A stretch of 64,000 nt of DNA. Source: Thermodesulfobacteriota bacterium (GTDB lineage: Bacteria > Desulfobacterota_D > UBA1144 > Nemesobacterales > UBA2774). The DNA is taken from the NCBI GenBank assembly GCA_965223335.1, contig OZ244991.1, positions 2,496,001-2,560,000 on the forward strand, read 5' to 3'. The notes below the pieces were generated by a model, which ran no database searches, was not told the origin of the DNA, and saw only the letters and a program-made list of their open reading frames with translations. This document shows positions 38,977 to 49,993 of this stretch, in pieces. Within the stretch, counting starts at the first letter, position 1; every line of letters begins with the position of its first letter. A program made the position numbers and the translations under genes.

Positions 38977-39363
38977 CTACGCCCCGGCACTAGCCGTTTC
39001 ACCGGCTTTGGGGTTAGGACCGTACTGATTGTCCCCCTCGTCACTATCTATTATCATGAAGTATAATAAAACAAGTGGCCCAATAATCGGAATGAAAATT
39101 ATCAATATCCACCAACCGCTTTTGTTGGTATCGTGAAGCCTCCTTATCGTGACTGCGATAGCCGGGACAAGTATAACGAGTGCATATACAGTCCCCAAAA
39201 CCCCAAAACCTGATTCAGCGTTAGCTGTCCCGATGATCTGGTCTACAATACTAAGACCAATCGAAATAATGGCATTGATCAATATAAAAAACCAGTACTC
39301 TTTACGACGCGAACGCCCCGCAAAATCCTTCCAGTTCTTAAGTGCCTTTATATACCAGTCCAT
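38977..39363 (-). CDS. DUF805 family membrane protein
   Basis: 'F.GRSRRKEYW', 'RRLHDTNKSGWW', 'N.YGPNP'. Confidence 0.93.
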   Translation of the reverse strand: MDWYIKALKNWKDFAGRSRRKEYWFFILINAIISIGLSIVDQIIGTANAESGFGVLGTVYALVILVPAIAVTIRRLHDTNKSGWWILIIFIPIIGPLVLLYFMIIDSDEGDNQYGPNPKAGETASAGA

Positions 39364-39547
39364 TCAATCCTCCCCTGCTTCATAATTTTTATCCTATCTT
39401 ATCACTATCGGCTTTTAGTTACAACCATAATTATCTATTCATTAATCTGCCGATAAGCCCTGCGGGGGCATCTTAATCCACCCCCCTCCCAATTGTTCAG
39501 GAGTTAATCGCAAAGAACCGATATATACGAATTGTAAACCTCTTATA

Positions 39548-40648
39548 TCAGTTTTCTTTCTCTGATATATAACGGGCAATACTCTCGGCTATGATTTCGT
39601 GCCCGCGTCGGTTCGGGTGAACATGGTCATCGGGGTTCTCGGTAATTCTCAAGCTAAGCATCCCTACTTTAACAAATTCATCTGCGGGATCTATGGTCTC
39701 AATCCCTGCCCTCTCGGCTTCCATCTCGATAATCCTGTGTACATCCCCGAATGGATATTTTCCTTCATCGTCAAGCTCGAGCCAGGGGATAATCACCACT
39801 ACTACAGAAAAACCGTTTTCCCTTGCCAACCGGCTTAGCTCCCCCATCGCATACCTCATCCTGCCAATCCGGTCAGGGCTCTTGTACCAATCCGCCGGGT
39901 ACACATCCCCAAGCCCTTCCATTAGTCCTAGCAGCTCTGTCTCACTATCCCCAATTTCGGTGATCCGATCTGCATAGTTCTCCCTAAAGACCTCGGGCTT
40001 GTTCTGGTTCTCCATCCAGCCCTTGAGTTTTATTTTTTCGTACATATTAGCAAGCAGTTGCAATGTGCGGCTTTTAAACAGCGGATTCTCCTGCCACTTC
40101 CTAATTTTAAAGATATACTGGAGGTTTGGGCTCGAAATACCAACATCGTTAAGGCACATCCCCACTACTACAAGGTCGGGCTCAAGCCCTACTCCCTTGT
40201 GTCTGAGTTGTGCCGTGTACTGAGCTATGTCATAGCCCCCCACGCCAAAGTTAAGCACCTCGGATACTCTGTCATCCCTATTAAGCTTCTGTTCGAGCTG
40301 AGATGCATAAGTTGCTTCTTCGGGCAAGAAATTGCCGAAAGTAATCGAATCCCCAAGTGTTAGCACCCTGTAAACATCGTCGCCGCCAAGCACCCGTTCA
40401 CCACCTCGTATACCCAGTGAGTTTATCCGGACATCAGTACCCCACGCGTGCCCCGAAGAGCCCGGGGTAAGCTCGTAAATTACATCCGGGTCCACAGAGT
40501 TTCTAAGTATAAGCTCTCTGCCGTCCTTAAACTTATGGAGCGTGTTATATCCGACGACACGCAGAACAAGCTCAATGGCCCCAAACACAACCACTAGAGC
40601 AATAAGCACCATAAGCATGTTTAACAAGATTTTTTTGTTTTGATACAT
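39548..40648 (-). CDS. SGNH/GDSL hydrolase family protein, membrane anchored
   Basis: 'LGDSITFG', 'NFGVGGY', 'ND', 'D.VHPN..GH'. Confidence 0.88.
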   Translation of the reverse strand: MYQNKKILLNMLMVLIALVVVFGAIELVLRVVGYNTLHKFKDGRELILRNSVDPDVIYELTPGSSGHAWGTDVRINSLGIRGGERVLGGDDVYRVLTLGDSITFGNFLPEEATYASQLEQKLNRDDRVSEVLNFGVGGYDIAQYTAQLRHKGVGLEPDLVVVGMCLNDVGISSPNLQYIFKIRKWQENPLFKSRTLQLLANMYEKIKLKGWMENQNKPEVFRENYADRITEIGDSETELLGLMEGLGDVYPADWYKSPDRIGRMRYAMGELSRLARENGFSVVVVIIPWLELDDEGKYPFGDVHRIIEMEAERAGIETIDPADEFVKVGMLSLRITENPDDHVHPNRRGHEIIAESIARYISEKEN

Positions 40649-40696
40649 AGGGTCTGATCTCTCGGAGGCTTTAAAGCCCGGTCGGCCACTACAATA

Positions 40697-42625
40697 TTAT
40701 ACCCATCTCTCCTTCCACATCTGAAACACCAATATATACCACACCTTATGCACACTCTCTCTGCCTTTAACAAAGTTCTCTACCGTCCGCGAAACGACCT
40801 TTTCGTCGAATATACCGTCCTTTTTTAGCCTGTCCGGGCTCAGGTAGTCCATCATCATCGATCGCAGGTCCCCGCGGAGCCAATCGGCCAACGGCACGGT
40901 AAACCCCTTCTTCGGCCTATCCACAAGCTCCCGTGGCACATGATTATATAGCACTTTTCTCAATATATATTTACTCACGCCGTCCCTGCACTTTAGCCCC
41001 GATGGTATCCTCGCCACATACTCCACCAGCCGGTGGTCCAAAAACGGCTCCCTGCTCTCGAGGCTAACCGCCATAGACGCCCTATCCACCTTGGCCAGAA
41101 TATCATCGGCCAAAAAAGTCTTTAGGTCCGTAGCCATCATCCTAGTCATAAAATCCCTGCTCTCAAGACTCTCGAACGTGTCTTCAAAGTATGTTGGGTG
41201 CTGCTCCCCCGACTCTTGCTTAAGCAACCTCTCAATCTCGTCCGGTGTCCACCTGTTCATATTGGATTTAAACATCTCGAGCAGGTTCTTTTTATGAGAT
41301 GCGCCGAGCATATTCTGATACTTCCTATACTTATCCCCGAAATTCTTCACATTAGGCACGATAGGTCTTACTGCAGAGTATATAGATGCCGCTCGTTCCG
41401 CACCCAAGGATTGCATAGCACCCAACGCAACATCCCTCAGCGCTTCGGGAACCTTATGAAACCTAGGATGCAGTGCACTTAACGACCTGTAGCGGTTATA
41501 CCCCCCAAAGAGCTCGTCCCCCCCGTCAGACGATAGCGCCACTGTGGCGTTCTGCTTTGTGAGCTTAGACACGAGGTACGTAGGCAGTCCCGAGTTGTCC
41601 CCAAATGGCTCGTCGTAGATATCGGCTAGCTGCCCTATTACATCCTTACAGTCATCCACCGACACATAGTACTCTGTGTGCTCAGTATCCAGATACTCCG
41701 CAATCTTCTTGGCCCATTTCCCCTCGTCGTACTCGTCCTCATAGAACCCAATTGTGAAAGTCTTGTGCTGAGTGTTTGTGTTTTTCTGTAGTAGTGCGGT
41801 GAGTGTAGTGGAGTCTATCCCCCCGCTAAGGAATATGCCGAGCGGCACATCCGCCAAAAGCCGGTAGCGGAACGAATCCAGCAACAGCTCCTCTAGCTCC
41901 TCGGCTATCTCGTCCTCGGTGCCTGTGAGGGGATCGTCCAGGTAATGGTCATTTGAGTTCCAGTACTCTATCTCATTCACACCACTCTCATCGATGCACA
42001 GATAGTGCCCCTGGCGAAGCTTAAACGTGTTTTCGAATATAGTTGCCGGCGCCGGGATATAGCCGTAGCTCAGGTAGTTGGGCATAGCCCCGTAGTCTAT
42101 GTTTTTCGGATACGCAGGGTGCGCCATAAGCGCCTTTAGCTCAGAGCCGAATATAACCCCGTTTTGGTCATGATAGTAGTAAAGCGGTTTTATCCCCAGT
42201 CTATCGCGTATTAAATAAAGCTTGCGTACACGCTTGTCCCAAATCCCCATGGCAAACATACCGATAAATTTCTCTATGCACTCTATGCCCCAGCACAGGT
42301 AAGCGTTTAGCACCACCTCGGTGTCGGTGTTGCTCCTGAACTTATATCCCTTGGCACTTAGCTCCTCGCGTATCTCGCGATAGTTGTACACCTCGCCGTT
42401 GTATACGAGCCACACGGTTTTCTCTTCGTTGGACATAGGCTGGTGACCCAGTGCAGATAGATCAATGATGGAAAGCCTCCTATGCCCGAGCCCTACCCCG
42501 TTTTCTCTGTCCAGGTATATGCCCGCATCGTCGGGGCCCCTGTGCGTGAGTGTGTCGCGCATCACCTCAAGGGTACGCGTACAGTCCTCGCACTCGACCT
42601 TATAGAACCCCACTATACCGCACAT
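40697..42625 (-). CDS. asnB: Asparagine synthase (glutamine-hydrolysing) family amidotransferase
   Basis: N-terminal MCGI, 'HRGPD', 'RRLSIID', 'NGEVYN', 'LSGGIDS', 'KVDRASMAVSLE'. Confidence 0.93.
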   Translation of the reverse strand: MCGIVGFYKVECEDCTRTLEVMRDTLTHRGPDDAGIYLDRENGVGLGHRRLSIIDLSALGHQPMSNEEKTVWLVYNGEVYNYREIREELSAKGYKFRSNTDTEVVLNAYLCWGIECIEKFIGMFAMGIWDKRVRKLYLIRDRLGIKPLYYYHDQNGVIFGSELKALMAHPAYPKNIDYGAMPNYLSYGYIPAPATIFENTFKLRQGHYLCIDESGVNEIEYWNSNDHYLDDPLTGTEDEIAEELEELLLDSFRYRLLADVPLGIFLSGGIDSTTLTALLQKNTNTQHKTFTIGFYEDEYDEGKWAKKIAEYLDTEHTEYYVSVDDCKDVIGQLADIYDEPFGDNSGLPTYLVSKLTKQNATVALSSDGGDELFGGYNRYRSLSALHPRFHKVPEALRDVALGAMQSLGAERAASIYSAVRPIVPNVKNFGDKYRKYQNMLGASHKKNLLEMFKSNMNRWTPDEIERLLKQESGEQHPTYFEDTFESLESRDFMTRMMATDLKTFLADDILAKVDRASMAVSLESREPFLDHRLVEYVARIPSGLKCRDGVSKYILRKVLYNHVPRELVDRPKKGFTVPLADWLRGDLRSMMMDYLSPDRLKKDGIFDEKVVSRTVENFVKGRESVHKVWYILVFQMWKERWV

Positions 42626-42736
42626 TTGGCAGACCTCATTATTTTCTGTCCGGTGTGTGTTAACACTAAAGGTGTATCAATGGTTCTCAAGATGTTCATA
42701 TAAGATGTTCATATATCGGAATATATAAGCTAAAAA

Positions 42737-43609
42737 TTAATAACCGTATACCTTAAGCCGCTTTTTAACGTTGGCTTTACCTGCATATTTTTTTAGCTCG
42801 GGGTCCCTCTCGTAAGCATATGCACGGTCGGGGTTGGCCATCGCAGCCGCAGCCTTAATCCCATCCCACCCAGCCCCAAGCTCACAAAAATCTACCAATC
42901 TCTCAAGCACACTCTCGGGCTCCCTCAAAAGCTCCTCATACTTAACCTCTGTAGCACTCTCACCCAAATCCGCTATGTGTCTTTGGGCCTCGGCCATGTA
43001 CTCCTCCCACATGGCTACTCCCTCGTCAATTGACGCACACCTCATCTCAATAATCTTCTTTTTGGGTACGAATCTGTCCACTACATGCAGCCAATCAAGC
43101 GGCATAAACCACCTGCCCTTCTCCCTCATCTTCTTTAGCCCGTTTTGCCTGCGCACCAAAAGGCTCTTGGCCACATCCACCGGGTGCCTATGAATATGTA
43201 TGACCTTGGCCCCCGGAAACACATCCAGCCAAATCGGCAGTGTGTAGGTGTTGCGCGGATCTTTCCACCCCCATGGCTTGTCCTGTTTATAGAGCGAGCC
43301 CTGCTTTATATACCTGCGCACACCCAGGTAAGAAACCGTCATGGGCGAGGTCATAACATCCCGCAAATACTTAGCATAGGTCTGCCTAGCCTCACTATCG
43401 TCAATCAAATACTTTATCTGTGCAGGGTTCTCCAACCCCGCACTGCACTGGTCCAAAAACCACTTGTTTAGCCTAACAAAAAAAAGCGCCTCATTGTTCC
43501 GGTCCTTGCGCGCACCCGCAAACAGGCCCAAAGCCTCCAACATCTCCGACAACAGGCTTGTGCCCGAACGGCTCATCCCTATGATTATGACTGGGGGGTA
43601 TATGCTCAT
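42737..43609 (-). CDS. PAPS-dependent sulfotransferase
   Basis: 5'-PSB loop 'GMSRSGTSLL', 'WGWKDPR', 'HIHRHP.DVA.S', 'YEEL...P'. Confidence 0.9.
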   Translation of the reverse strand: MSIYPPVIIIGMSRSGTSLLSEMLEALGLFAGARKDRNNEALFFVRLNKWFLDQCSAGLENPAQIKYLIDDSEARQTYAKYLRDVMTSPMTVSYLGVRRYIKQGSLYKQDKPWGWKDPRNTYTLPIWLDVFPGAKVIHIHRHPVDVAKSLLVRRQNGLKKMREKGRWFMPLDWLHVVDRFVPKKKIIEMRCASIDEGVAMWEEYMAEAQRHIADLGESATEVKYEELLREPESVLERLVDFCELGAGWDGIKAAAAMANPDRAYAYERDPELKKYAGKANVKKRLKVYGY

Positions 43610-43870
43610 ACGGTCCTTACCACTCCTTCCCCGATTTGTCTAAATATGTTAGCCATATCTAGGCCCATTTACAATCAACACACCCCCGGCAACAAGCCCT
43701 CCCGCGGCAGTAAAGCTACCATTTTTCACCCGTATCCGGTTATAATCAACAAAATGACCGTTTCTATCAATCCTGCGAGTCCGCAATCACCGGACCGGGT
43801 ACAAATCATTGCTAAGTACCCAAACATCCCTTAGGCTCAGCTAGGACTACAGTCGCGAAACTCTATCTAA

Positions 43871-45171
43871 ATGTCCCATATACAAGAGATAAACAATAAG
43901 ATTTTTAAAAACGCCTCCTGGCTCCTGGGCGATAAAACGGCATCAAGCATCTTCGGCGCGCTCCAGACCATTATCGTCGCCAGAATGCTCGGTGTAAAAG
44001 ACTATGGGCTCCTCGTACTCGTCGTCACCTACATCGACCTCCTAGTCCAGTTCTTTGACCTCCGTGTGTGGGAGACCGCGACAAAATACATCGGCACATT
44101 CTGGGAGGAAGGCGACCGCGATAAAACCGGCTCTATGATAAAGCTCTCGTATCTCATGGACGTCTCAAGCGGTGTCGTCGCCTTTATCATTGCCATCCTC
44201 ACGGCCAAGATTATAAGCACTCGCATAATTCACAGTCCCGACGCCTATATATATGTATGGATCTATTCATTCAGCCTATTTATCAGGACCGCCAACTCCA
44301 CCTCAATCGCCATACTCCGTGTGTTCGATAAATTCAAGCAGATTGCGTTCATAAGGTCGTTCCAGTCATTCCTCAGGTTTGCCACCATCACCACACTCCT
44401 GCTCCTTGGCTACGGTATAAAGGCGTACTCATTGGCTATGTGCTTACTGGTTTTGTAGGGTTCTTTATAAGGATATGGGTAGTGCTCGGCACTCTGGGCG
44501 AAAAGGGCTTGAGTGACTGGTGGAGGGCCAAAATCTCGTTAATTAGCGACCACTATAGGTCTATAGCGTGGTTTGTGGGCAACACAAGCTTTGCGTCAAC
44601 TGTGCGAATGGGTGAGGAACGCTTCCTGGGTACAATGATCCTCGGTTACTTTGCCGGGAAAGAGGCCGTAGCGTTCTACAACGTGGGCAGCGCCGCTGCC
44701 AAACTCGCAAGCTATATAGTCGACCCGCTCTACGAGGCCATCTACCCCGAGCTGGTCAAGATCAAGGCCAATCATTCGGTAGACGACATAAAAAAAGTCG
44801 TCATAGACACGACCAAAAAACTGTCCATGATCCTTATCCCCGTAGCCGTGATAATGATTATCTTTGCCGAGCTCATTATCCACCTGGTCTTTGGCACGGC
44901 CTACCTACCCGCCGTGAATGCACTCAGGATCATAGCACTCGCAGTCGTTGTTGCCAGGATTACATTCTGGATAAACCCCGTATTACTGGCCCTCGAAAAA
45001 CCGGGCCTCAGGACCATACTCGGTATAATCTCAACCTCCTTTTACTTGCTGCTGCTCTTTATACTCGTACCCGAGCACTCATATATAGGTGCGGCGTTCG
45101 CATTCCTCGGGTTCGCAATCGTAAAAAGCTCGCTCTCGGTCTACATGGCGCACAGGCTTTTCCGTTCGTAA
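43871..45171 (+). pseudogene. Wzx-like oligosaccharide flippase split by a single-base frameshift near 44422
   Basis: ORFs 43871-44458 and 44440-45171 are the two halves of one flippase. Adding one G (aag-Ggc-gta) restores a continuous frame. Confidence 0.8.
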
Positions 45172-45226
45172 CAGAACGAGTCCATATATAGGCACAGGCA
45201 TCTCATATATATAAGGAGAATCCAAA

Positions 45227-45895
45227 ATGGAACTTTATCAGGTCATGCGTACTACATTCTCGGCCCGCGAGTTTACAAACGAACCCCTAACCGACGAGGT
45301 GCTCTACAGGATCTTGGACAACGCCCGCTTTGCCCCCAGTGGGGGCAACCGCCAGGGCTGGCGCGTGCTTGTAATACGCGATATGAAGACCCGCGAATCC
45401 CTTTGCGACCTCACCCTCCCCGCCGCCAAGCGCTACATGGCCCAGATACACGCCGGCGAAAACCCCTGGAATACGGTTCTGCCCACAAGCGTGGATGATT
45501 CTACAATAGAAGCTACACCTGCCCCGCATGTATTGACTGATGTGTTTATGTACGCCGCATTGGTACTAGTTGTATGTGTAGATCTAAAAGTCGTAGCGTC
45601 CATGGACCAATACCTCGACCGCATCGGAGTTGTGAGCGGGGCTTCTATATACCCGTTTGTATGGAATATCCTCTTAGCAGCCCGCAACGAGGGCTTCGGT
45701 GGGACTATTACAACCATACCTGTGTCCAACGAACAGGGAATTAAATCGCTGCTAGGTATCCCCGATGATTACGCAGTATCCGCTGTCATGCCTATGGGCA
45801 AACCGTTTCGAGACCTCACCAAACTCACCCGAAACCCTGTCGAATCCTTCACCACACACGAACACTGGACGGGTAATGCATTAACTACGGATTAG
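45227..45895 (+). CDS. Nitroreductase family protein
   Basis: 'SAREF', 'APSGGNRQGW', 'NILLAAR.EG.G'. Confidence 0.92.
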   Translation: MELYQVMRTTFSAREFTNEPLTDEVLYRILDNARFAPSGGNRQGWRVLVIRDMKTRESLCDLTLPAAKRYMAQIHAGENPWNTVLPTSVDDSTIEATPAPHVLTDVFMYAALVLVVCVDLKVVASMDQYLDRIGVVSGASIYPFVWNILLAARNEGFGGTITTIPVSNEQGIKSLLGIPDDYAVSAVMPMGKPFRDLTKLTRNPVESFTTHEHWTGNALTTD

Positions 45896-45941
45896 AGTAC
45901 ATAGCATAGAAATTGTTACCGTTATTGCACTTTAAGAATTA

Positions 45942-46220
45942 CTAATTCTGTTTATTCCTAGTGTGTTTTAGCAAAATGATAACCCCAACAGCTAAAGCCA
46001 CTAGCAATAAAACCACTTTGAGTACTATAATTCCACCAACTACCCAAGAGCTGTCACTGTCTATGCTTCGATATAAAACAGCAATACTCGTTAAAACAAG
46101 TGATATTGCTACGGCATATAAAAACACTTTCTCAATCGGTCTAAATTCTTTTTTGTAAGTATAGACCGCGGTAAACATACCGATTAAAAACGATGGGATT
46201 GAAAGAATTAGAATGAGCAT
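45942..46220 (-). CDS. Small three-TM hypothetical protein
   Basis: Three hydrophobic segments; AT-rich. Confidence 0.55.
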   Translation of the reverse strand: MLILILSIPSFLIGMFTAVYTYKKEFRPIEKVFLYAVAISLVLTSIAVLYRSIDSDSSWVVGGIIVLKVVLLLVALAVGVIILLKHTRNKQN

Positions 46221-46287
46221 TGGACAGTTTTATATAGCAACATCTTTTACTTCCGAATCAAAATGCTTATAAACATTTACTAATTCT

Positions 46288-47331
46288 TCACTCTTTATAA
46301 GTCTTTGTAATAACCTTAAAATCCGAGCCGTCTAGGTTCATAGTGCAAATATCCCCACCATGTCTGTTTTGCGGTATTAAGAACATTATTTTTTCACCGC
46401 CATCAATATATGTAGGATACTCTCCTTCATAATCAGTTACCTTTTTTATCTCTTCTGTCTGTATATCAACCGTATAAGTATGATATGCGTAATTGAATTC
46501 TGTCCTTGAAATATCAGCAAAGAAAATTACCTTTTCCCCATCTGATGAGAATGATGGATGATAAATTACCCCTCTGTTCGTGATTTGTTTTGTATTGCCA
46601 GTTTCTATGTCTAGAATAGTTATGGCTTTAGACCAATAATCTACTTTAGGTTTACAGTACGGGCTTGCATAAGCAATCATATCACCCGCACTTGAATATG
46701 TAGGGCTCCATATATTTACAGAACCGGTTTCAATAAGCTCAATATCGCTACCATCTGTTTTCATTACAAACAACTGCAGGGTTCCACAGGAACATTCATC
46801 ACATTTCCGTTCAACCTGCCCTGAATAGACAATATATTTACCATCGGGCGAGAATGAAGGAGTTTCATGATTTTTATTTCCAAAAGTAATCTGACGTAAG
46901 TCTGTTCCATCAGTATTCATTATGAAAATATTGGTACTGTCACCCTTCTCAGATTCAAAAACTATCTTAGTTCCGTCCGGAGAAAATGATGGGCTACCAT
47001 CGTGAGTATCTTGATTAGTAAGTCTCTTTAGATTTTTTCCATCACTATCTACAATACATATATCTCCACTACCCCATATAGTGCATCCAAATACGATCTT
47101 ATCTCCACTTGGTGACATCCTTGGATGTTCTAATCCATATGAATGACCACATCTATACAACATCTTCCATTGTGAATTCCAGGCCGATGGCTTAATCTCA
47201 AAATATATACACGCTGGATTCAACATATGCAGAGCATCATTTTTCCAACAGTTGACACATAGAATGACTACAAGCAAAAGTCCCGCAAAACAGATGTAAA
47301 ATTTAGTTTTAAATATTTTCTTAAAATTCAT
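46288..47331 (-). CDS. TolB-like (PD40 repeat) beta-propeller protein
   Basis: Repeated 'PSFSPDG.KIVF', 'IFIMN.DG'. Confidence 0.85.
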   Translation of the reverse strand: MNFKKIFKTKFYICFAGLLLVVILCVNCWKNDALHMLNPACIYFEIKPSAWNSQWKMLYRCGHSYGLEHPRMSPSGDKIVFGCTIWGSGDICIVDSDGKNLKRLTNQDTHDGSPSFSPDGTKIVFESEKGDSTNIFIMNTDGTDLRQITFGNKNHETPSFSPDGKYIVYSGQVERKCDECSCGTLQLFVMKTDGSDIELIETGSVNIWSPTYSSAGDMIAYASPYCKPKVDYWSKAITILDIETGNTKQITNRGVIYHPSFSSDGEKVIFFADISRTEFNYAYHTYTVDIQTEEIKKVTDYEGEYPTYIDGGEKIMFLIPQNRHGGDICTMNLDGSDFKVITKTYKE

Positions 47332-47429
47332 TGCCACCCCGTGCACCAATCCTATAACTAATTTTAAGACTATTTAACTATCACTACAAGGATTTTAGTT
47401 GTCTAATAGAACTGATTAAATTGAGCGGG

Positions 47430-47840
47430 TCACTTCTTTATAGTTAAATATGTAACTTTGATATTGGCAGGTTTTTCGAGTTGTTTAATTTCCAGCCCAG
47501 GATGATATTGAATAATCAACTCTTTATCACTTTTCCACACTGGAACAATCAAGTTCTTTTCAACAACCTCATTCAACTCAAAATCCCCGAGATTGATTGT
47601 AAACAAACGGTATTTCGGCACCGAACCTACAAATAGCTCGCCATCTATTGTGCTGTTAATTAAAGGGCAATTTTCACCAAAGAGTTCTAGTCTCAGGTCA
47701 CTATCAGGAGAATGGCTAGTCAAAATAGGCTTATATCCACATAATCCAATATAGGTAGTAACTATTAAGTACGCCATAGATGCCAATACCAAAGGCCCAC
47801 ATCCTACAACCAGCATAATTATGCCCTCACGCTTAAACAT
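47430..47840 (-). CDS. Hypothetical protein with N-terminal TM helix
   Basis: 136-aa ORF co-oriented within the AT-rich array. Confidence 0.6.
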   Translation of the reverse strand: MFKREGIIMLVVGCGPLVLASMAYLIVTTYIGLCGYKPILTSHSPDSDLRLELFGENCPLINSTIDGELFVGSVPKYRLFTINLGDFELNEVVEKNLIVPVWKSDKELIIQYHPGLEIKQLEKPANIKVTYLTIKK

Positions 47841-47867
47841 CTACTATATAAACTGCATTTGCGGGAA

Positions 47868-48959
47868 TTAGTTTAACTTTGCTTTTGTAACTGCCTTATA
47901 ACGCCGAAGCAATAAGAGAGTCTCACTATCAACCAAGATGGGTTGATTATAGTTATCAGGATCAAGCTTAATCAGAACCAACTCTTTACTTTTATATTTA
48001 TAATACATAACCGATGTATATTCCTTTCCAAATAATGGGAATATTGCCATCTCGTCGTCTAGCGCCACTCCTAAACTATGAATAGTATATGTAATTATAT
48101 GATCTAATTTATTGGTAACCGGATCGTATGACCACAGATCATTATAATGCTCACGCTGCTTCAATCTCCTCAATGCTTCTCTCCAATCATCTACTCTAGT
48201 TACGGTGCTTGTCAAAATACCAATTTTATTTGGTGCTATTAGATTGATATGTTTCACCATCTCTTCATCAAGTTCTATCAATTTGCTAATGTTAATATCA
48301 CCTGCTATCTGTGCCTTATAGATAACTTCATTCTTAACGTACAGCAGATTGTCGCTGTCCAACCAAATCGGTTGAACCGGGTCAACATTCTCAGCAATCT
48401 TGATCGTTTCTCCTTTGGTTGGGAAATATAATTGTAAAATGTTACTTTCTCTTGAGACATTCATCCAACAATCCTCTTTTTTACATTCACCTACAATCGG
48501 ATAGGAGACATACGCTAACTGCTTGTTGTCTTTAGAGAATGAGAGGAAACCCTGATCTCGGTTTGGTTCACTAAGGTATTGTGAGACCTTATTTGTAATA
48601 ACTTCCCATTTCCACACGGTTTCAAGATCCCAGAATAAAACAAAATAGATACTTGATGAAGTTGAATCCCATCTGATACTTTGATTGATGATTCTAGCTT
48701 TATACTTGAATTGTTTTTCCACATCCAATTCAGCAACTACCCGCCCATCATCTACATCGATCACAGTTAATGTAGGCGTATAAATAGGATCAGACTTCAT
48801 TTGTGTCTCACCTAAAGTTATGAATGCAAGTTTAGCCTTATCCGGCGATATACTATGACCATCAAACATTATATAAGAATCTGATTTGTATAAATCCTCT
48901 GCCAATACGGGATTAACAAACCCAAGATAAATCATCAACAACAAAATGAGTTTATTCAT
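47868..48959 (-). CDS. Secreted hypothetical beta-propeller-like protein
   Basis: Signal peptide (VLA); 'SPD..KLAF', 'FSKDNKQLAY'. Confidence 0.7.
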   Translation of the reverse strand: MNKLILLLMIYLGFVNPVLAEDLYKSDSYIMFDGHSISPDKAKLAFITLGETQMKSDPIYTPTLTVIDVDDGRVVAELDVEKQFKYKARIINQSIRWDSTSSSIYFVLFWDLETVWKWEVITNKVSQYLSEPNRDQGFLSFSKDNKQLAYVSYPIVGECKKEDCWMNVSRESNILQLYFPTKGETIKIAENVDPVQPIWLDSDNLLYVKNEVIYKAQIAGDINISKLIELDEEMVKHINLIAPNKIGILTSTVTRVDDWREALRRLKQREHYNDLWSYDPVTNKLDHIITYTIHSLGVALDDEMAIFPLFGKEYTSVMYYKYKSKELVLIKLDPDNYNQPILVDSETLLLLRRYKAVTKAKLN

Positions 48960-49021
48960 CTTTATCACCCGCTCCAAGCTCCAGTTGATACATATGTAAT
49001 TTCAGAATATCCGCCTAACGT

Positions 49022-49993
49022 TTAATCAAAACGAGTCCAAAAAATCTGTTCTTTTGCAAGTAAAATATTGTTCTTGGCTTTCCCGTACAGAATGTCTGAT
49101 TCGGATATTAATTCCAGAGTCTTATCGTAGCATCTTATTGCCTCTTTGAATCTATCCTGGTCGTAAAGTGAATTCCCCAAATTAAAATAGCACGTAGGCT
49201 CATCCTTCCGCAATCTTATAGCCCTTCGATAATATCGCTCTGCTAACTTTGGCCTATCTAAAAACGAATAACAATATCCAATATGTCTGAGCGTAAAGAA
49301 ATCGTTCTTTTGGTGGCGGAGTGCTTTCTTGTAAGCTATGATAGCGTTTTTGTATTCCCTCATCCGTAAGTAAACATTTCCCACACGATACCAGGACATC
49401 AGCAAATCATATCTACATTCTTTATTTATTTTTCCGGTTTGATTACCCACTAGAACTGATAAGGCTTTCCTATATTGTTTTTTACCCACATAATCATCCA
49501 CCTTTTCGTATTGAATGAATAACTTTGCATATTCCAAATTATCTTTAACATCCTTCCACAGTCGCGACTTATGCTTACATTTCCTTAATGCTTTTTCGTA
49601 ATACTTACAAGCTTCTTTATACCTAGACTGCTCATATAATAAATTGCCTAGATCATTAAACAGACATGGATGTTCATCCGATATAGCGAGTGCTTTCTTA
49701 TAGTACCGCTCTGCAAACTTGAGTCTATCCAGATTGTCATAGCAAAATCCGATACCGTAAGTCGAGTCAAACATATCTTTGTCATATCTCAGCGACTTTC
49801 TATATTTATCGATGGCATCCATATATTTCGACTGACTCTCGTACACATATCCCACCCTGTTCCACGCTCGTGACAATTCATCTTGAAAACCAGGACGTAT
49901 CTTTCCTGTCTTTTTGTCTAGCAACAGCTTCAAAGCCGCTTTATAGTCTTTCTTTTTAATGCAATTATCCACTTTTTCTATACTGGTTATCAT
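49022..49993 (-). CDS. TPR protein built from two homologous halves
   Basis: TPR motifs; 'EKVD...KK.Y..AL..L....TGKI' occurs twice. Confidence 0.85.
   Translation of the reverse strand: MITSIEKVDNCIKKKDYKAALKLLLDKKTGKIRPGFQDELSRAWNRVGYVYESQSKYMDAIDKYRKSLRYDKDMFDSTYGIGFCYDNLDRLKFAERYYKKALAISDEHPCLFNDLGNLLYEQSRYKEACKYYEKALRKCKHKSRLWKDVKDNLEYAKLFIQYEKVDDYVGKKQYRKALSVLVGNQTGKINKECRYDLLMSWYRVGNVYLRMREYKNAIIAYKKALRHQKNDFFTLRHIGYCYSFLDRPKLAERYYRRAIRLRKDEPTCYFNLGNSLYDQDRFKEAIRCYDKTLELISESDILYGKAKNNILLAKEQIFWTRFD

Noticed and set aside
43646..43834. 62-aa ORF between the sulfotransferase and flippase genes
   Set aside because: No RBS or recognisable motif; more likely the divergent promoter region.
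47421..48977. Inverted gagcgggt motif flanking two island genes as possible element ends
   Set aside because: Only about 8 bp match, with no target duplication or recombinase.
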